In this document: piece after piece, positions 59,721 through 64,000 of the stretch | Layout: each line of letters begins with the position of its first letter | Numbering within the stretch: the stretch's first letter is position 1 | Virus record (IMG/VR): IMGVR_UViG_3300017528_000566 | Strand: one strand, 5' to 3' | Source of the DNA: an uncultured virus (IMG/VR IMGVR_UViG_3300017528_000566) | Lineage: Duplodnaviria > Heunggongvirae > Uroviricota > Caudoviricetes | Length of the DNA: 64,000 nucleotides | Translations under genes and position numbers: made by a program | The notes under the pieces: generated by a model | Told to the model about the DNA's origin: nothing | The model's input: only the letters and a program-made list of their open reading frames with translations | Database searches by the model: none

Positions 59721-60076
59721 GCGGCCACCTCTGCTTTCGCAGCGACCACGGGAGCTTTAGCGTCCAACCACGCGGCAATGGCGTCCTTGGTTAGCCCGAA
59801 CCCGCGCTGCTCGGCCATCCGATGCATGCCGTTCGAGATCCACCAATCGTGGTTGGGATCGTGCTTGGCCTCTACCACAAACCGAGGGACACCGCGCAGC
59901 ATCGCGTAAATGAGCAGCAAGCACCGGGTGGTGTTGCCCTCTCCACGCTTGTCTTGCCAGGCTTGCCAGCGGTCCATGCCACTCGACGCATGGATGCGCT
60001 TGCGGATTTCGCGGCTAGCCGTCTCTCGTGATCGTATCTCTTGCTTCAGTTCTGGGTATCTACTCTTCTTGCTCAT
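59717..60076 (-). CDS. hypothetical protein
   Basis: AGGAG RBS; R...L.YA.LRG.P...VE; GGTGTA upstream. Confidence 0.6.
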   Translation of the reverse strand: MSKKSRYPELKQEIRSRETASREIRKRIHASSGMDRWQAWQDKRGEGNTTRCLLLIYAMLRGVPRFVVEAKHDPNHDWWISNGMHRMAEQRGFGLTKDAIAAWLDAKAPVVAAKAEVAA

Positions 60077-60198
60077 GACATATCTCCTGTGACGTTGGGG
60101 TGTTGCGAGTTACACCGCCACAGGGGGGCCACGAGCGAGGGGATAGAAGATCTACCAGAGGTGTCCGATTATCGGCATGTTGAGGAACCTAACCAGCT

Positions 60199-61455
60199 CT
60201 ATACACCTGTCAAGAGATCTGAGCGCACAAAGTCAGGGACTGGCAATAAGTCTCTGTACCGAGCGCGAGTACTATCCTCAGACCAATCCCCCAACGTCCC
60301 CTCATCTCCTGTTGACGCGACGTACGTACGCCTCGACGGGACTGCTTGGGGGTTTTCAACATCAACGATGACTGTGCGACGCTGCTGGCCAGAACCACGT
60401 GGCGCACACACGGAAATGAGCTCGTCGCTGATCACGTAAATAGCAGTCGCGTCCATCCGGCGAGCTAAATCTCGAAGAGCAGTTCGAACCCAATCGTCGC
60501 CTTTCCTGCCGAGTTCGGTGGGTGTAGCAAACGCAAACTGCCCTTTGCCCTGCAGGAAAGCGCCCCCGAAGCCCGCGGGTTCATCTGGTTCCGGCTGCAA
60601 GTTCCGCGCTGCTTCCAGCACGACCTCATCAGTGAGTTTTGGTCCGGAGTGTTCCCAGCTCTTCACCTTCAAACGCCCATTGATGATTAGCGCATCCCCA
60701 TCCCCATCCCTATCCACGTGAGCTATCGGCTTCCAGGCCATCTGGTCCTGTCGATCAGATTCGGCCTTAGAAGCCGCGCTATCCCCGATCGTGGGCACGA
60801 GCCGCCTGCCCATCACCACTGCGAGCACCATGGCGTCAATTGGTGGCTTGAGCCCCGAGAGCTTATGAATCTCAGCCGCTATGTACTGGGCTACAGCCGA
60901 CGTGCTGAGGTGTTTGGGAGGCTTGGTGAGTAGGTGCGTCCGTACAGGACGCGCCCCTTGAGCAACCGCCAGTGATAGGACGTGCGCCTGCGTGGCGATC
61001 ACCATCGCACGAGGCATAGCTGCATCAGTACCGGCGCCACTCTCGATTGCTGCCCGTAACGCTCGTACAAACATCAGCACAAATGTGCGCGAGCTGCTCT
61101 TCTCCGATACCCGTTGGCGATAGTCGTAAAAGACACTAGCTTCCCTCTCAGAAGCGTTTACCTCTGCGAAGACCGCTCGAACGCCATCCTCAGAGAGTGC
61201 CGGCTCGCCGCGATTGCCCACTTGGAGCTCACCGTCCCCAAAACACAGAAAGCGTTTTGAGACATGCAGCCCGTTGGCTAGCTCACCCAGCTCTATGAGC
61301 GTCGGAACATCCAAAAAATTCTCGAAGTGCCCAAGGGTCTCAGACGACATGTGGGCCGCGGCGGCGAAACTCTCGCGGGTGTGGCCTGCCTGCGAATACA
61401 AGCCAGTGATCCGTTCCGGCATCGTTAGCCAAGGGATGGCCCGTTCCTCACTCAT
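60199..61455 (-). CDS. protein with N-terminal XRE-type HTH
   Basis: RI..L...AG.TRE.FA....MS..TL..FEN....PT...L..LA..L.VS..FL.FG. Confidence 0.65.
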   Translation of the reverse strand: MSEERAIPWLTMPERITGLYSQAGHTRESFAAAAHMSSETLGHFENFLDVPTLIELGELANGLHVSKRFLCFGDGELQVGNRGEPALSEDGVRAVFAEVNASEREASVFYDYRQRVSEKSSSRTFVLMFVRALRAAIESGAGTDAAMPRAMVIATQAHVLSLAVAQGARPVRTHLLTKPPKHLSTSAVAQYIAAEIHKLSGLKPPIDAMVLAVVMGRRLVPTIGDSAASKAESDRQDQMAWKPIAHVDRDGDGDALIINGRLKVKSWEHSGPKLTDEVVLEAARNLQPEPDEPAGFGGAFLQGKGQFAFATPTELGRKGDDWVRTALRDLARRMDATAIYVISDELISVCAPRGSGQQRRTVIVDVENPQAVPSRRTYVASTGDEGTLGDWSEDSTRARYRDLLPVPDFVRSDLLTGV

Positions 61456-61560
61456 GACGCCTCCGACTTATGTTTGCCCGATATCCTACACGGGCCAACG
61501 CTCGAGCAGCAAGCGAGGACTCTCCAACGGCCTACCACTTAGGCCAGGCGGAGCATTCGT

Positions 61561-61908
61561 TCACCACTCACCATCGTCATCATCCCGTTCATGCCGTGAG
61601 CGTCGCCGCTTACTAGCGTAGCGATCGAACTTCGTAGGCTGCGCATCCGGCCATTCCTGCCTCGCGTCATACTTGGAGGCTCGCCGTTCTTCTTGGCGGG
61701 GTGCCGGGCTGTAGCGGTCTGCGACCCTCTGCACAATAGGCTGCTGATCTTGCCTTGAGGGTGCGCTCGCCTTCCTAGTATCCCGGCACTGTTTGCACCG
61801 AACCGGGGGTGTGAACTGGCGCTCTGCGAAGAACTTCTGCTCACCTGCTGTAAATGAAAACCCGCGCTTACAGTCGCGACAGGTCTTATCCTCGTCCTGG
61901 TAATCCAC
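61561..61908 (-). CDS. zinc-ribbon domain protein (zf-trcl-like)
   Basis: D.TC.DC...F.FTAGEQ.FF.ER.F..P.RC..CR. Confidence 0.8.
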   Translation of the reverse strand: MDYQDEDKTCRDCKRGFSFTAGEQKFFAERQFTPPVRCKQCRDTRKASAPSRQDQQPIVQRVADRYSPAPRQEERRASKYDARQEWPDAQPTKFDRYASKRRRSRHERDDDDGEW

Positions 61909-61932
61909 TATCTCTACTTGTCCTCTTTCTAG

Positions 61933-62355
61933 TCATGGCCTCATCTTGCCGAGCCTGGCCGCTTGCTCACGCGAATCTCCCCGCCCTCGCGGACGTCTAG
62001 TGTTTGCTCGCGTATATGGCTGGGTCCCGGAAGCCGGGACCGTCACTGTATTGACTCTGTACTTAGGGCCTTGGGGCAACTCTGGTTCAAGACCAGCGCC
62101 GACTTGCCGGGCATCGAGCCACTTCATAGCTCTCACCAATAGAGAGAAGATCTGCGCCTTGTCCGAACCCTCCCCGCTGTGGTCCGGGTGATATTCCAGC
62201 GCCAACTCCCTAAAGCGTTTCCGCGTCCTTGCTTTGAACTTCTTGAGCAGGTCCTCTGCATCCGGCGCCCGCTCAATCTCAATCAACTCTTGAGTGGTGA
62301 TGCCGAGCATCTGGTGTGCTAGGTAGCGTTCGGACGGCGAGAGTGGCAGAGCCAT
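61933..62355 (-). CDS. J-domain protein
   Basis: RKRFRELALEYHPDH. Confidence 0.7.
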   Translation of the reverse strand: MALPLSPSERYLAHQMLGITTQELIEIERAPDAEDLLKKFKARTRKRFRELALEYHPDHSGEGSDKAQIFSLLVRAMKWLDARQVGAGLEPELPQGPKYRVNTVTVPASGTQPYTRANTRRPRGRGDSREQAARLGKMRP

Positions 62356-62409
62356 AGAGTGTTGCTGTCGGAGCCTCTAATGTCCCGGGCCACAAGAAGA
62401 AGTGATCCC

Positions 62410-62994
62410 CTAGACGAACCGATCCCGCTTACCCCACAGCGCCAGTTGCACCGTGGCGCGCTGCAGAGCCCCCTCACTCGCAACCCTACTCATAGGCAGG
62501 CTAAGCGGAAACTTTACAACTAGGCGGCCAACCCCTCGATTACTCCCCCACAACAGGAGCTCATGCGCAGGCCAGGAAATCTCCGGGATGTCCGCCTCAA
62601 ATAGGGTGTCTGGGTCCTTCGCGTACGCGAGCGTCACGTGCGGTTTGTAGACGGGGAACTTGTTGTTGTACTCGATCCCGGCCTCGTCCATCGCTTGGCG
62701 GAGGGCCTGTTGGAAAGCGTGGAGCTCGGGGGACCGCACTTTTGCGATCACGGGGACACCATCCTTACCCGCTGGAAAGGTGGTGATCAGATCTGTCGAG
62801 ACCGAAAACGGCATGGTCTTGGACGTCACCTCATAGAGGACCGGCAATAGCTGCCCGATGCGCTCGATTGGGGTATCATCCCCGAGATACACGACGGTGA
62901 TATGAAGATGGGCGCGCTCTGGCTTACCAGGCACAGGGAGTTCTCCGAGTACCCGTGAGGTTTCTTCTGGGACAGTAAACATAAGCGCGGCCAT
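62410..62994 (-). CDS. 2H phosphoesterase (2'-5' RNA ligase/ThpR-like)
   Basis: HITVVYLG and YKPHVTLAY, the two HxT motifs. Confidence 0.88.
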   Translation of the reverse strand: MAALMFTVPEETSRVLGELPVPGKPERAHLHITVVYLGDDTPIERIGQLLPVLYEVTSKTMPFSVSTDLITTFPAGKDGVPVIAKVRSPELHAFQQALRQAMDEAGIEYNNKFPVYKPHVTLAYAKDPDTLFEADIPEISWPAHELLLWGSNRGVGRLVVKFPLSLPMSRVASEGALQRATVQLALWGKRDRFV

Positions 62995-63456
62995 CTATGG
63001 GGCTCCTATTTCAACATTGGGCAACAGACGATCGGTCATCCACGGCGGCAAGAGGTCATCGGCGGCGAAGCCGAATGACACCCAATAGGCGGGCTCGTTT
63101 TGCAACTGAAGCACGCGACTCATCATCGTGAGTGTCTTGAATAGGACGGTATAGCCATAGATTAACTCCTTGGCTCGTTTGGGGTACTTCTTACACCCCT
63201 CGAAGGTGGCCATGGCCGTGGCCTCGCACTGCTGAAGCAACCAAGCCTCGTGACCGTGGGGAACCAGCAAGAGGACCCGTTCGGTATCCCTGCCTGACAT
63301 CAAGGCCGTGATGATCACAGCTTCGGCACGTACAGGGCAGGCGTTGCGATCCGAGAATCCTCTAAACTTTGGCCATCTAGTATACAGCCTTTCCTGATCT
63401 TCTTGGGGGGCTCGGCCTAGGATGCGCTGATGCGCTTCTGCCAAAGGCATGGACAT
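62995..63456 (-). CDS. hypothetical protein
   Basis: ATG 63456 with GGTGTA 9 nt upstream. Confidence 0.5.
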   Translation of the reverse strand: MSMPLAEAHQRILGRAPQEDQERLYTRWPKFRGFSDRNACPVRAEAVIITALMSGRDTERVLLLVPHGHEAWLLQQCEATAMATFEGCKKYPKRAKELIYGYTVLFKTLTMMSRVLQLQNEPAYWVSFGFAADDLLPPWMTDRLLPNVEIGAP

Positions 63457-63514
63457 AGCCCCAAGTACACCGCTCAACGGTCACAGGGTTAATCACTAGG
63501 GAGGACGACAGCAC

Positions 63515-63808
63515 ATGGACATGACAGCACTACACGAACTCCGCGACCGGCTTTGGTCTGCGAAGGTTTACAAATACCGGTTCGCAGCAGCTGCCGACTA
63601 TGCCGCGGAGCTCGAGAAGCAAGCCGGCCCTGTGGACTTCGAGGGCTACAAGCACTCCGTGGACCACCTGCTGGCTCTTGTTGAAAAAGCCATCCGGGTC
63701 TACGACATGCCCAAACCCCCGAAGATGGCCGGCAAGCCGACCGCAAAAGATACGCCAAAGATGGTAGTCAGGCCTGAGCCCAAGGCAAAGGCCTCGGACA
63801 GCCGCTGA
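63515..63808 (+). CDS. hypothetical protein
   Basis: GGAGG RBS; 97 aa. Confidence 0.5.
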   Translation: MDMTALHELRDRLWSAKVYKYRFAAAADYAAELEKQAGPVDFEGYKHSVDHLLALVEKAIRVYDMPKPPKMAGKPTAKDTPKMVVRPEPKAKASDSR

Positions 63809-64000
63809 TCTGGCGCATGAAGGCGTCGACCATGAGACGTAAGTCCTCGATCGTACCTGTGTTCTGCAGGACTTTGTCGAACGCCGAATCAGGGATACTG
63901 GCCTGCTCCGTCTCTGATGAGTGAAGCCCCAGTGCCCCCGGGAGCCCAGCGCCGGGTCTCGAGATTTTCACTAGGAGGCCGCCTGACTCTTTGATGGCGG
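63768..64000 (-). CDS. C-terminal part of a deoxynucleoside monophosphate kinase-like protein (runs off the window)
   Basis: GG.LVKI.R.......H.SE........D....N.GT.EDL. Confidence 0.6.
   Translation of the reverse strand, partial: AIKESGGLLVKISRPGAGLPGALGLHSSETEQASIPDSAFDKVLQNTGTIEDLRLMVDAFMRQISGCPRPLPWAQA

Larger units (their letters stand above)
1386..63471. promoter_or_regulatory. recurrent sense-strand GGTGTA motif upstream of genes (putative phage promoter element)
   Basis: more than 20 copies oriented toward the downstream start codon; see findings. Confidence 0.65.

Noticed and set aside
1..64000. Genome-wide TAG recoding
   Set aside because: Conserved genes are intact under code 11 and several end naturally at TAG. 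I found only one clearly TAG-split gene.

Overview
This 64-kb window looks like the accessory or early region of a large, GC-rich, probably temperate bacteriophage, or a phage-like element. It is densely packed with short ORFs on both strands, and I recognise no capsid or tail genes. Host-like cargo suggests a myxobacterial host (inference). Recognisable genes include PIN-PhoH, Hsp20, two Ntn/HslV-like proteases, ATP-grasp, a TerC/TerB/TerD/vWA cluster, SspB, matrixin, a CCA-type nucleotidyltransferase, HD proteins, an Eco29kI-like nuclease, an adenine MTase, a vWA/PurA-like/J-kinase module, an SF2 helicase, ParB, a tyrosine integrase and a 2H phosphoesterase. The standout is at 35825-37630 (- strand). 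A solo Cas7-like RAMP gene and a translationally coupled 154-aa gene are followed by a non-CRISPR array of 11 units. Each unit is GCAGGY plus 8-11 pentamers of a variable dinucleotide and a constant GTY, and the array ends in a perfect 19-bp hairpin. This is a candidate programmable RNA-guided system with a gapped guide code. Other highlights: an amber (CUA) tRNA together with a PTH2-like gene interrupted by an in-frame TAG; an attP-like site (3' half of tRNA-Leu-CAA with inverted arm repeats) beside the integrase; a GGTGTA motif upstream of more than 20 genes, often 9-10 nt before the start codon; and a probable ATA-initiated Ntn protease. All protein calls come from visual motif recognition, not database searches.
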